Origin: Utricularia gibba
Taxonomy: Eukaryota; Plantae; Magnoliophyta
DNA length: 64,000 nt
NCBI GenBank assembly: GCA_002189035.1
Contig: NEEC01000012.1
Coordinates: 372,001 to 436,000 of the forward strand
Direction: 5' to 3'
Every line of letters begins with the position of its first letter. The stretch's first letter is position 1. Under the pieces are notes generated by a model. The model was not told the DNA's origin and made no database searches. It saw only the letters and a list, made by a program, of their open reading frames with translations. The position numbers and the translations under genes are program-made. Below are positions 13,632 through 26,630 of this stretch, one piece after another.

Positions 13632-15049
13632 AACAAATAAATCACCTGAAAAAAATATACATTTAAAACTAAAGAGATATGGGAATTCTACACTTTGTAA
13701 AAATACGCGCATCCATCAAATCCTTGTTTTAATTAAAAAATAATATTAATATTTTAAATTAATTTTTCCTTGACATTGTATACCTTTACCTTTGTTGCAA
13801 GGTTTTCTAATTATTTATGTTTTTTAGAGAGCTAATTATAACATTAAATGTCGTGTTGATGATTTTTCAAAGCAATAAAAATATGACACAATGTTCATTC
13901 AGAAAAATAAGAAAAATTGAAAATGTTCACGTGCAAGTAGAATTTTCGAAAGAATTTTTTTTCTTTTTTGGATGCTGCATTTGCAAATATCACTATTGTT
14001 GACCATTTAAAAAATAACATACATCATATATTAAATATTATTTTTTTCATACTATGTATACTTATCATACTTTAAATTAACATCTTCAATATTTGTTGAA
14101 AGAATGTGATAATTTTCTATCTTTCATTAATGATTTAGTTACTACAACTAAAAGTATACCTAATACAATAGATTATTTTAAAAGAACATTAATAAATAAA
14201 TATTTTTAATCGTAAATTTAAAATTGATTACCAAATAAATGGAATTGTGATTCACTAGGAAAATATCTTTATTGAATTTTATTAATATTTTACATAATAT
14301 AATTTTTTAACTCATTTTGTTTTTTGAAAAATTAAAAAATCTAATGAATGTATTGGAAACGATTTGTTTTATACAAAGACTTTAAATTTTATTTATTATT
14401 ATATTTATCAACTCCTGATTTCTTGTACTTGTGAAATATTATTTATTTTTTATAATTATCTAAATGATAGTGAATTTTTAAAGATATAGTGCACAATATG
14501 AAAATGAAGTTTTTAAAATATTTTATGAAAAATGAAAATGAAGTTTTTGAAATTAAAGTTTATGTTATTTGGTAAATTTAAATTTTTAACTGATATTCCT
14601 CCACCTAAGTGAAGATTATTAATAAATAATAATTTATTTTTATAAATTAATGTAAAATATTTTTTTAATAGTTGTTCAAAAGGAAATCGTATAATTTGGT
14701 TTTGATTCCAGTTCAAATGTAAGCTTTACGATTCTAATTTTTAATTGAAAACAAAATTAAAAGTTAAATTGAACTATGGTTTATAAAACATCGATACTAT
14801 GAAATCAGCCCATTTTTTAAAAGTTCAAATAGATCCCATTTTTAAAGGTCATCATGTCACGACCTCCACCCTCATGTCATTAGTGAGAAATTAGAATACA
14901 CACTTGAAAATGAGAGATTTAATATTTCATAATACATCGATGTATTTAAAAAATATATATAATTTATAATAATTGCTCTTTTTGTCAATAATATGTTAAT
15001 ATTTGACACATGTTGAGTATCATCTAAGATACAAAAGATCTCTTATCCA

Positions 15050-15552
15050 CAATATTTGACATGAAAGATTTGGGAGAAGGAAGAGTCATTTTTTTATGTA
15101 ATAATTCTTTGAAAGAGCAGTAACTTCATGTTGGTATAAAATAATTATGATTCAAAAGTACTCAAAAAATTTTGGTGCTTTTATCTTAAACCACTTTTAA
15201 CCCCTTTTGATTCAAGCATGCATCTTTGACAAAAATCAAGAGGCACCATAGACAACATATGCTCAAATAATGGGAAGTTTGTTACACTTGGCCACCTTTA
15301 CTAAGCTGGACATAACTATGTTGTATGAAGACTTGGGAAATACACTAAAAAATCCAAGTGCATTGCACTGGCAAGTAGTGAGTTTATTGAACTACATTAA
15401 AAGTACTATAAACTATGGGATATTTTATAGTAAATTTCCTAAAATATTAGAAGCATTCAATGATGCTAATTGAATCTCACATTCTAGTGACATCAAGTCA
15501 ATAAGTAGCTGAGTGTATACACTAGATGGGGGAGGAGTGGCATGAAGATCTA
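15050..15552 (+). mobile_element. Ty1/copia RT-RNase H remnant
   Basis: FDMKDLGE, YAQIMGSLLHLATFTKLDIT, NPSALHWQ, LEAFNDAN*, IKSISS*VYTLDGGGVA*RS, with stops and frameshifts. Confidence 0.8.
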
Positions 15553-16211
15553 TCTAATTAACGTTATCATTTACTGGAGACAAATCACCTTTGGATATTC
15601 CTAATCTTATATAAGATTTTTTTACTCTAAAGATAAAACAGTAAAATTATGAGTATTAAGTATTCAAAATAAGAATATCTGAATAAGTACCCATATATGC
15701 GAAAAGATCATCATTCCATACTCCATGACTTGTCTCAATCTAGTAGGTCATCCATCTCTTTACATAACAGTATCCATAGCTGTAACGATGAGCATCAGTT
15801 TTCCAACAAAAAAAGCCATATTTACCATAGCAGGTCGTCCAGCTCCTTACAGTTCTTGTCTGAATCTAGTATCTACACAAACTCAACAAAATCACCCAAT
15901 AAACACCCTGCATTCGAAGATTTAAGGAGAAAAAAAGAAGAGGCACTTGCATTGAAATCCCACAAGAATTTGCAAATTATGAAGAAAAGCATGATCATAA
16001 TCATAACTACTATTTCGAAAGCTGTTATCACTCAAATGAAACCATCCCTAACAAAAAAACAAAAAGCCCCAGATTAATTATTGATACCAAATGCTAAATC
16101 TTGCCCATAAAGAATCTCCGTACACTAAACAATTGCCCCCACGGACAACGCAGAGACCCGAGAGCCAGATAGATAAAAGGTAGCAAGGTGGGTCTTGATA
16201 TGCATTCAGAA

Positions 16212-16345
16212 GATACCGGAACCGGAGGTAGATGCCGATGGAGGAAAAAGGGATGGTGGTGCGGTAAAACTGTGTGATACCGGAACCGGAGGTAGATGCC
16301 GGTGGAGGAAAAAAGGGGTTGGTGCGGTTAAATTAAACTGTTTGA
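16212..16345. repeat. Two-copy tandem repeat, 64-bp period
   Basis: GATACCGGAACCGGAGGTAGATGCCG(A/G)TGGAGGAAAAA... starts at 16212 and again at 16276. Confidence 0.9.
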
Positions 16346-17127
16346 TGGTGAAAACGGGGTTAATATTGTAATTATAATCTGTATTGTATAATAAATATTT
16401 ATATGTATCGAGCAGCCAATGAATTGATGAAATGAAAAACGGCTGCTGGTGTGGCGGTTGTCGGCGGGCGCCATTTCCTCTGGAAAAGACGGAAGCATGT
16501 TTGGTGCTTGTTGCTGTTTCGGACCAAACGTTTCACTAGCACTGGCGAAGCACACTCTACAGTACACGGTTCAGAGAACAAATATTGTAATTTTTCACGT
16601 TGGTAAGAATTCGCAACTCGAATTGCAGGCATCGTGGAGTCCTCTCTAGAGAAGAGAATGAAAGGGGCATATCCCGGTATCAAGGTCATGGAATGGGCGC
16701 CACCGGCTTTCGCGGCTCACTCCATGGAACTTATGATTGCTGCACCGGGAAACAAACAAAACGAAAAGAATTAGGCACGCCGGATATTAACCAACTTGCG
16801 GCGACTGTTCAACTGCATTAAACAAATAGTGTGTTATCTTCACTTCTTGAAATATCTCTCTCTGGGTTTGGTGCTCCAATCATTCAGATTTCAGGGTTCC
16901 AGCCCCATGTCGGCCCTTGCAAGGCTGTGGCGATAAATTGCACACCTTGCCCTTTGTTGTCGCCTTCGTTTCTCGGAGACCCATTTTGCAAGCGACACAA
17001 GATATTTGCAAAATCTTGCCGAGAACTCGTTGGCGGCTGTGTTTCAGTCTAGTGTTGCCTGAGGATCGGAAACCCATCTGGGTTTGATTTCGTTTTGGAC
17101 AGTAGATAGCGTGTGATCCATTTGCAG

Positions 17128-19393
17128 ATGCCGATTCCGGTTTCGACGAGCCATAACCGTCAGCCGGAAACCCATCAGCGGCAGTTACTACCTGTATCGT
17201 CGCGGGTGCCGAGGACCAAATTGCGTACCCTCCTACGCGTTTCGTCGGTTGCTGCCGGCATCCAATTTGGGTGGGCGCTGCAGCAATCGTTGTTGACTCC
17301 TTATGTACAGGAATTGGGTATTCCTCACGCGTGGGCGAGTTTCATCTGGCTCTGCGGCCCCATCTCTGGGCTTCTTGTTCAACCCCTGGTGGGCCATTTC
17401 AGCGATCGTAGCTCCAGCCGCTTCGGTCGGCGCCGTCCCTTTATTCTTGCCGGAGCAATATCGATCATCGTCGCCGTTCTGATTGTCGGAAACTCGGCAG
17501 ATATCGGCTGGGTTTTGGGTGATCGCGGAGGGAAAAGAACGCGTGCGGTTGTCGTGTATGTCTTCGGATTCTGGATTCTTGATGTTGCCAACAATATGAC
17601 TCAGGGTCCATGCCGAGCCTTCATTGCTGATCTCACTGGTAATTTCAGTCCTCATCGACAACTTCAGGCTATTCATTTGCTTCATACATTTGACTGCCTG
17701 TTGCATTTCATACATTGTTGCACTGAGCGCTTCGGTGTAGAGTTTTAATCAAATAACCCAAAAAAAGACAGGAAAAACGAAAGATTCAGCCTCCAACCAG
17801 AGCCAAAAACTTGTTCTATGATTCGTATTATAATCGATGCCCATTTGTGGAGGCGAATGTGAGTTTTTCACTGGAGAATCGAAGCCTTTTGCAGTTAATG
17901 ACTTTTGTTTTTATAACCTCGTTGAATAAAGCTTGAATCTCTCTTTTATCATTTGATAAGTAGAGGATTGTTGTCGGAGAAATCCATTTGGAAAAACTTC
18001 AGACTGTGAGACTAGCTTTTCATTTTTTGAAACAATCTTTTGATATTTCTCAACTTTCAAATTCTTGTAGAAAAGGATCCAAGAAGAAATCGGGTGGGAA
18101 ATGCATACTTCTCACTTTTTATGGCTATTGGAAATGTACTTGGTTTTGCCACTGGATCATACAGTGGATGGTACAAAGTATTCCCCTTCACACTCACAGG
18201 GTCCTGCACCATCAACTGCGCTAATCTGAAGGCAGCATTCTTAATCGACATCATCGTTGTTGTCATTTGTACAGCTGCAAGCCTTTCAGCAACAAAGGAA
18301 AAGCCTTTAACTCCTGCTCATAGCAATAATTCTGATGGAGGTGTGGCCGGAGACTCCTCTGAGCGTGAAGCTTTTTTCTGGGAAATATTTGGAACTTTCA
18401 GATTTCTTCCAACTTCTGTTTGGATAGTCTTGCTCGTCACAGCCTTGACATGGATCGGCTGGTTCCCATTTACTCTTTTCGATACGGATTGGATGGGCCG
18501 TGAGATATACGGTGGTGAGCCAAACGATGGGAAGAACTACAGCACTGGAGTTAGAATGGGTTCATTCGGTCTGATGCTGAATTCAATTGTTCTTGGGATT
18601 ACATCAGTGTTTATGGAGAAGCTCTGCCAGATATCTGGTTCAGGTTTTGCATGGGGTATTTCAAACATTCTCATGACTCTATGCTTTGGTGCAATGGTTG
18701 CTATTACATACCTGAAGAACAGTATAGATGGTGCTGAGCAGCTTCCTTCTACTGGTATTGTGGTCGCTGCATTGGTTGTCTTTTCGGTTCTTGGTATTCC
18801 ACTAGCTGTACGTTCCCGGATCCTTTCTCCCTCAAGCTGCCATCTTCACCTCTGTAGTGTTGTGACTAGTGCTAAAATTCCCACACTGTGATATGCTTCT
18901 CTGTTCCCTGGTTGTGATTACAGTTCTTTCCGTTTACCTTTGATCATGTGTCAATTCTGCAGGTAACATACAGTGTGCCCTATGCTTTGGTAGCTACACG
19001 CATTGAAGCGCTAGGCTTGGGCCAAGGTAGGTTGAGCATGTTTCAGCCTTCCCCTTTTTTTTCTCTCAACAGGTGCTGAGGAAACTACGTCCATTGTTGC
19101 AGGGCTGTCCATGGGAGTTCTGAATCTGGCCATTGTGATTCCTCAGGTAACTCAGCGTCCTTGAAGCCACTGTAATTTCCCCATGGCCATGAGTGTTGCT
19201 GATGCTGCTGCAAATGTGGGTAAAACAGGTGGTTGTTTCAGTGGGATCCGGCCCATGGGACCAGCTCTTTGGCGGAGGAAACTCCCCGGCGTTCATCGTG
19301 GGTGGGCTGACGGCGTTCATCGGTGGGATCATCGCCATCCTGGCCATTCCCAGACGAAGAATGGAGAAGCCCAGCATCCTCCTCCACAACTGA
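17128..19393 (+). CDS. SUT4: Sucrose/H+ symporter, SUT4 (type III) clade, 506 aa
   Basis: Exons 17128-17638, 18071-18807, 18963-19026, 19103-19146 and 19229-19393 are phase-consistent. Motifs: [78 protein letters not shown]. The N-terminal LxxLL (LRTLL) is typical of vacuolar SUT4. Confidence 0.95.
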
Positions 19394-19638
19394 TTTTTTG
19401 CTTGCCCCCAAGCACCAAACACCAAGCACCTTCTTCTTTTTCTCAAGCCCACAAGAACGTTTTAGTCTGGTTGGTTTCTGTGTATACCTTCCTTCTCTAC
19501 GGCAGTCTGCGTGGTCCGGTGTTGTACCACCCACATTTCATTTTTGTGTGTCATCCAATAATCATCATCATCATCCTTCCCCTTTCTTTTTTTGCCAGCC
19601 ACAGCTGGAGAATGGTTATAATAAACCGGTCCTGTCCG

Positions 19639-19662
19639 GTCTGGTCTGGTCTGGTCTGGTCT
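19639..19662 (+). repeat. (CTGGT)n pentanucleotide microsatellite downstream of the SUT4 stop
   Basis: gtctggtctggtctggtctggtct. Confidence 0.85.
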
Positions 19663-20197
19663 CTGTTGTGGTCAAAGGGGCGGCCCCAGAGGGCGCCTCT
19701 CCCGATGGCTATTTTTGCAACCCATCCTATTACATGAAGAATGTAATGGAATAGTAAACCTGCACATAAAACAGTTATGTGAGTGGTGACTGGAGAGCAT
19801 GTGGGAGCGCGCCCACGAGAAGCGCCAACTGGCGTGGCGTGTCTGCGTCTGCGGAGCATCATGTGCCCATAAATAATATAATAACAATAATTATAATAAT
19901 AAAATACTAATAATCCACTCTGTCTCTCGTGTCGACACAATAAATAATAATGATAATTTATTAGCTGGATGGAATTACAGTTATTATCAGCGCATGATTC
20001 GAAATCCAACTCAATTTGATTTGGTGAAGGCTATTCTCCACGCCTTTTTCCCTTTGTCTTCCTCTTCCCTCCAATCAATCACTCTCCATTTCCTCTGTCG
20101 CGCAGATCCATTTATTCGAGGTTAGTTTTCTGGATTCCGATGCGGCGGCGGTGGTTTCAGATCCGTTGAAAAAGTATCTGTATGTTGTGCAGAAGTT

Positions 20198-22063
20198 ATG
20201 GAGAAGACAACGGCGGGGCAGTTCAGCGATACTACCCACACCAAAGTGTTTGTTGGTGGATTGGCTTGGGAAACGCAAAAGGATGCCGTCAAGAAGCACT
20301 TCGAGCAGTTCGGCGAAATATTGGAAGCCGTCGTCATCACCGATAAATCCACCGGGAGATCCAAAGGATACGGATTCGTGAGTTTCCAATCCAGTTCTAT
20401 CCAATGAAAAGAAATCGATTTCACGAAATCGCTCTCCAGGTGACGTTCCGTGAGGCGGAGGCGGCGACAAAAGCTTGCGTTGAGGCTACGCCGGTGATCG
20501 ACGGTAGACGGGCGAATTGCAATCTCGCTGCATCTGGCGTCCAGAGATCTAAGCCCTCGCCCCTGAAGACTACTACCGGTATTCACTTTTCAGTCTTCTG
20601 CACAGCTGTAAATCAGACTCAAATTGCCGATTATTTAAATACCATAAATATCTGTAACCACGAGGTTGGCACCTCTGTACGGCTCTACCAAGAAAAGTAG
20701 CGCTGCCCCATGCATGACAGCTAGTCCATCCCTTCCTTTCTTTTGCTATGTGGAGTCCGTTATTTCCCTTCTCTCCTCCCTCACAAATTGACATGATGAG
20801 CAGGAGGAAGAAATGGAAAGGTAGTTACGGGGGGAGGACAAGGTATTCAAGGAGCGGTTCAGGCTCCGGCTGCTGCTTTCCCTTCAGTCGCGGCCTTCCC
20901 AAATTACGCCATTCCACAGGGAATCGGTATTCCATACAGCCAGATTTACAGGTTAATCAATCATCAGTTTGTCTTTACTTCAGCTTCTTCCTGCATGTCC
21001 ATCTGAAACACACAAAATTCTGCAGGTACCCTCCATACTCACCGCAGCCCCCCACGGTGAGTAGAGTTTTCCATTAAGAAATACACACTAGGCGAATAAC
21101 ACTGCGTTTCTCTGTTAGGCTGCTCAGTATCCGTATGCATGTATGTGTAAAGCTTAGGTAAAGAGGCATCTCGAGAGAGTGACTGTCGTGTGTATGCATT
21201 CAAAACGCGGTCGTGGGGTGATAGATTCCATAACAGTCACCGACCTTTTTTTTTCCAACTCGATATTTACTATTCTGGGGCGGGGGTGGGGCCCCCTTCT
21301 TGTCAGTGAAGTTATCTTTAATGTGCCGCTTCCTTCTTTATTTATTACATTTCACTTCAATAATAGCTACGTTGACATTTCCGGGCCCACGCTATTTGGA
21401 ACGACCTGTCTATTTTTGGTGATTTTTGGGGAAGATTCTTGATTTTGGACAAGACAGAATATTTTTTTAAAAATAGTAGTGATTGTTTGTAAATTACAAT
21501 GTTCAACACGCATTACACTTTTTGTTGATTTTTTTAGGGCTACTATGGGGTGTATGGAGCAGCGGCATCGCGGTATCCATTGTACGGGACTGGGAGTGGG
21601 CTTCTACCTGGTGCGGTTTACTACTCTTACATGAACATGAGTAATAGAGCTCCGCCTCCGCCGGCAGCCGCCGCGGGGGTTACTACGCCGCCGGCTGTGG
21701 TTACCGTGTCCCGTATCATCATCCCACCATGTGATCCAGTATCCAGCTACACCTGATGCTCCGGTTTACCCTCCACACTATGGAACTCATGTGTCTAGGC
21801 CGCCAGTTACCAATTCCCTTCAATCGGGTACGTCTTTAGATGAATCCTTTTCTTGATTCTCTTCTTTTTTACCTCTAAACTCTGATAAGTAAAAGGAAGT
21901 TTTTATGATTCTCTCATTGTGTTGGATCATGCTTCTTTATCTAAAATTTTGAAGTATGAATCGGTGAAAGGTTCCTGACATGTTGTTATACAGTTTGCTA
22001 CGCTTTGCCGCAGGGATGATGACGGGTCTCCACATCCATGCACCGCCAATACCTCATCCTTGA
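20198..22063 (+). CDS. RRM RNA-binding protein (ARP1/RBM24/38-like) with an apparent frameshift in exon 5
   Basis: Exons 20198-20377, 20440-20578, 20804-20951, 21026-21056, 21538-21827, 22014-22063. RNP2 is KVFVGGLAW and RNP1 is [10 protein letters not shown]; [10 protein letters not shown] is present and the tail is Y/P-rich. Exon 5 is 290 nt but its phase requires 3n+1. Confidence 0.88.
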
Positions 22064-23122
22064 GTCGAGCACATCTTTGCTTCATCTCACAATGGGTACC
22101 CTTCTCTCTATTTCTCTCTCTCTCTCTCTCTCTCACGGTGTTTTGGAAATGGGCATCACTCCTCAAAGTTGGCCATTATTCTTTTCTCTCGCTCGTCTGA
22201 AAGGGAATGTCCTAAACCCATTACTGCACAGAAAGGACATTCTCTGCTCATTTGAGCTCTTGCTGTTCGAGGATTTTAAGAACTCGGACTTGTTAAGGTA
22301 GCGCCATTGTGTGTCGGAAAACAATCACTCCAGCCAAACTCATGGATATTTCAGTCATGAGGGAAAACTGCTTCTCTTTCAGTGCATGGGGTGGTTTACC
22401 TTCACTTCACATGCTGAATAATCCATCCTTCTTTCTTCTTCACTCCTCCGGTAAACCATGGCTAGATAGTAGACTCCAGCACCAAGTTCCATTCCGACTA
22501 CTATGTTGAAACCGGCATCTCACTGTATGTTTTTAATGCCGGTCCGACCGGCCGGCCATTCAATTTTTACTTTTAATAGGGTATTTATTAAACTTGTGTT
22601 TTACTGCAAAGGCTTTAGCCCTCATTGGCTGCCCCCATTATTAATTCTCAATAGCGATATCAGGACGCTGACATGTGCTCATCTAATGCTGATTGAGGAT
22701 GATTTTATGGTTTTATTTTAATGATCAATTAAAACCATTTTACTTTATATTTATATTACGGTTCACAAAAATAATCGCAACGGGGTGGGGGACACAACAC
22801 AGTCCCCTGCCCCCTGGTTTTGAGTTGTAATTAGCTTAAGGCTCCACGAAACTGATGATGGCGGAGCGTATAAATTAAAACAAGAGCATTGGATACTTTA
22901 CCTTTACAGAGAAGAGAGATGGATATATGAGTAAGTATTCGCAGCCTGCTCCCTCCATTGTCGGCGAGCTGGTGGTCATATTTCTGGTAGACATTTTCAC
23001 GCAACCAGCCCCATGACATGTGGATACTGCCATTCAAGGGCATGGAACACCAAATGGATTTGCATCCCTCCAAGTTTGAAAAGGATGTTGAGACAAGAGA
23101 GACAGAGAGACAGAGAGAGGCG

Positions 23123-23866
23123 TCACGGGATGCACGGCGCACCGCGGCAGATCCGAAGCCAGACGATGAGGAGAGCGAGCCCAAGCGCCGCTTCGATGGC
23201 GAGAACAACTCCAACGAGGCGACACCATCGCGATCGGAAACTCGTAGATTCGCGACTTTTTGGAACGAAACCGCTCTCAATTTCAAAAGCATCCCTTCCT
23301 GATTTCACTTCCACCACTTGTTCTTCTTCTTCCTCTGATGATCGACTACTCGAGCATGCCTCCTGCTCGATCACCAGAGAATGGTAATCGCCTCCTCCTC
23401 TCTTCTCCTGTTTTCTGGAAAACCCCAGCAATGGAGCTTCCATCGAGATACCTCCATCAAATTCGCGGTTTCCGAGATACGACGGCAGAGAATTGACTTT
23501 CTCCAGCACCGCGCCAGATCCAGGAGCGATCGGATGAATCCGTTGTTGTTGCAGGGAGAGCGATCTGAGAACCGGAGTCGTTCTTCTGAAATCATCTCTG
23601 AATCGGTGAAGGAATTTCAAAATTGCCGCGGACTCGACGATACCGTCTCCCGCAATCGCCAAGTAAACATGACCGTCGTCGAACAGGAACCCTACGGTCG
23701 TCTTCCCCGCCGTGTGTAAGTACCACCGGTGACGAGATGGCGCCATTTTCAAGCAGACAGACGCCAATCTCTCCGTTTCCAGGTCGCCGTCGCTGTAAAT
23801 GTGCAGAGCTTTTCCATCTCTCGTGACACTGTAGTAAGATATGCTTGTCTCCGCAGGCGGCACCAT
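23123..23866 (-). CDS. PHYL1: Phytolongin Phyl1-like (longin domain with C-terminal TM, no SNARE motif), intronless, 247 aa
   Basis: N-terminal longin-like segment LASVCLKMAPSRHRWYLHTAGKTTVGFLFDDGHVYLAI..FLHRFRDDF, then APLLGFSRKQEKR, then C-terminal RWCRLVGVVLAIEAALGLALLIVWLRICRG. Confidence 0.88.
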   Translation of the reverse strand: MVPPAETSISYYSVTRDGKALHIYSDGDLETERLASVCLKMAPSRHRWYLHTAGKTTVGFLFDDGHVYLAIAGDGIVESAAILKFLHRFRDDFRRTTPVLRSLSLQQQRIHPIAPGSGAVLEKVNSLPSYLGNREFDGGISMEAPLLGFSRKQEKRGGGDYHSLVIEQEACSSSRSSEEEEEQVVEVKSGRDAFEIESGFVPKSRESTSFRSRWCRLVGVVLAIEAALGLALLIVWLRICRGAPCIP

Positions 23867-24600
23867 GGAGATCTCCTAGGCATCGGCCGCCGTCGACAGC
23901 TTCCGGAATGAGGTGAACCGATAGAAGGCAGAGAATGGGGGGGATAAAATGAAGGAAGCGGGCCTAGAGATATGATTGTTTTTTGTGCTTGGCCGACTTC
24001 GCTTGAAGCTGCCGACAAATTGTCGATTTCATGAAGAAAAACACATCATATGATGGACACGATTTATTGCCGCAACTGCACTCCCGGGTTAACACTTGCC
24101 AAATGCGTCAAGCAATAAAATCGAAATAAACATGTAAACCGAGACTTTCTTCTTTTTACCCCGTTTTGAATAGGAGAAATATTAGGGACGCATGTTCAAA
24201 TGTGGGTGGTGCAGGGGAGGAGGATATGCAGCAGGTGCAGCAAATGGAATGTGGGGACGATGTGCCGCTAACCGGGTGCGGGGGGGTGTTTATTGTGAGG
24301 GGGATGATTTGATGTTGAAAGCTTCCATCAGCCTTTTAAGTATTGGATTTGCCTACTCCATGTCTCGTTCTTCTCAGGCGACCAAACGGACAACGTGCCT
24401 GAAAACTAAGCAACCATGTGCTTGTCGGCTCATTTCATCCTAAACCTCCCGTCTTTACAGCCCGGGTTGACCCGATCCTAAAGCAGGCGCAAATGATCCA
24501 AACCACATTAATGGTTTCCACTCTATACAACTTTGTTGAAACGCGAAGCTTGATTCGCCAATGTGGTTCAGTAGAAAAGAATTACCGGCAGTCAGTTTGG

Positions 24601-26630
24601 TCACCAAGCCTTCGAGAAGCCTCGCTCGTCGCACTGCCGTCTAGCGCGCTGCATGACCTGCTGGAGCAACGTTGGATTGCTGGTGACCATTGCATCCACT
24701 TGTTGCGGCAGTAGTTTCATCATCGACTGCTCTTCATCGACCGTCCAGGCGTAAACCTTCTTATGGCTCCTGGTGTCACAGCAAAAAAAACATTCAGAAC
24801 GTGTGTTCTACGTTGCTTTCGGTGAGCACAGAGGTGATACCCGTGGAGGATATTGACAAGTTTATCATTGATCAGGGGATGGTAAACCGCAACCACCTCC
24901 GCCTCTCTCATTCTCAGCAATTTCATCCTGCTTCCTGTTGCTGGGTCAATCATTACTATGTAGCCCACCTTCAATAGTATGTAAAACATGTAAGCGGATT
25001 CCTTCTGTACTATTTCCTGAAATACTGGAGAGGAAGAGATTGGTACCATTGTGCCTTGGGCATGTCTGATCAGATCCTGCACCAGACTGTCACTCTTCGC
25101 CCATATGATGCAGTTTTTGCATTTGTTCCTTTTGACCTGAAAGTGCAAGCTGATTTTACAATCCTTACGAAAATGGGATGAGCTCTTGTATTAATGCCCT
25201 CCTTACAAGTGCAAGTATGTCCCTTGCTAGTCCACTCTCATGCAGCGGAGGCCCGATTTTAGCATCAAGAATCACCTGCCTTACAGACCTTGATACTAGC
25301 TACCGCATAAAAGACCATACATCATTCCCAAACTCTTCAAATGTTATCAGGTACGAAGGATTCCTAAAAGATTTCCCCTCATTCCCCATGAGGTAATGAC
25401 CCTGCCATACCTTCAAGGCGTCTTCAACAGTTGGGATATTTACATCAGCGAACTCCACAAGGCGCTGATGACTGCGACCAAATCCTGCAATCTACAGCCA
25501 ACAAGACATGATTCTAGTGAGAAAAATACCAGCAGATAGTATATGGATGATTTCAAAACAGGGCTACCTACCTCTTCTGTGGTAAAATGTCCAACCTTGG
25601 CAGAGGCATTCGCAGTTATGCGCTGGAGGTCCCTGCTTGTTGCATGTAAGAATCACGGGTCGAGACTTCAAACAGACAAAAGTTCCTCCAAGTTACACAA
25701 CTCCACGAAAAAAAAAACGGCAAAAACCAAAGTAAAGGATAATGCGCCAATGCTAACGAGTCAATCCTCAATGCATCACCAAAAATTAGGCAAGAGGGAA
25801 AACAAGATTCCAAATCTCAATGTGGCAAACTCCATGAGTTGTTTCTTCAATAACAAAGCATAAAAGAAAATAATATTCGCATTTCAGTGTTCAGAGCGTT
25901 GAAATGAGAAACGCACTCTGTCACTAATATCGCATATTACCAGTGGCCCTGTAAGGGATGGTTAGGATTTTCACTGTAAGCTGCACTCTTTGATTCAGCA
26001 AATTGGATCTAGACGCACAGGAAAAAAAATTTTCGGAGATACCTACCTATCATGAAGTGCAAACAACACTCCATCTAAAGAACGAGAAACATCAATTTCT
26101 ATGCAGTCCACATGAGAGCTTAAAGCATGATTGTACGCATTCATCTGCAATAAACATTTTTGCTACATTAAAATTCAAAGCAAATTGATGCAGAATCCAA
26201 TACAAAACGACTACAGTATTGGGGAAAGCCACGGTTGTGTCTCCACCGTGAGCACAAACCAACGGCGGTTTTTTCAACCAGCCGCACTTTTCAGATTGCA
26301 CCTGCAAATCATGAGAATCACATGATCAACATCTACGAAATCAATGGCGCCTACGAATCAATATTTTCAGCGGAATCATTTACGTGAATATGCTAAAAAG
26401 AAAGAAAATAGGCGGATCGGAGGAATTAGACGGACCTTCTGGAACCGATGGAGGCGAAAATGGAAGTAAACGAACGGAAGAATCGCGAGAATGACGAGAC
26501 CACTGAATAAGAAGCGCCAGAGGTTTCTCCGGGAGGATAACAGGCCAAAGATCGGAGCCAACACGCCGCCGCGCTTGTAGAGAAGCTGCTGTCTTTGTCG
26601 CCGATCCCATCTCGAGAAAACCCTAGCCAT
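24601..26630 (-). CDS. GDPD4: Glycerophosphodiester phosphodiesterase GDPD4, 333 aa
   Basis: Nine in-frame exons: 26630-26436, 26301-26215, 26144-26047, 25632-25572, 25491-25411, 25299-25207, 25136-25047, 24968-24841, 24769-24601. Motifs: PPLVCAHGGD, DCIEIDVSRS.DGVLFALHDRDLQR, VILDAKIGPP, VYAWTVD. Confidence 0.93.

Noticed and set aside
15729-15872. 18-bp imperfect direct repeat 126 bp apart
   Set aside because: Only two short copies; not an array or CRISPR-like structure.
17233-17715. 160-aa minus-strand ORF
   Set aside because: Antisense shadow of the GC-rich SUT4 exon 1; no recognisable motif.
23013-23719. Several 94-124 aa plus-strand ORFs
   Set aside because: Antisense to the phytolongin CDS and its 3'UTR; low complexity and no family features.
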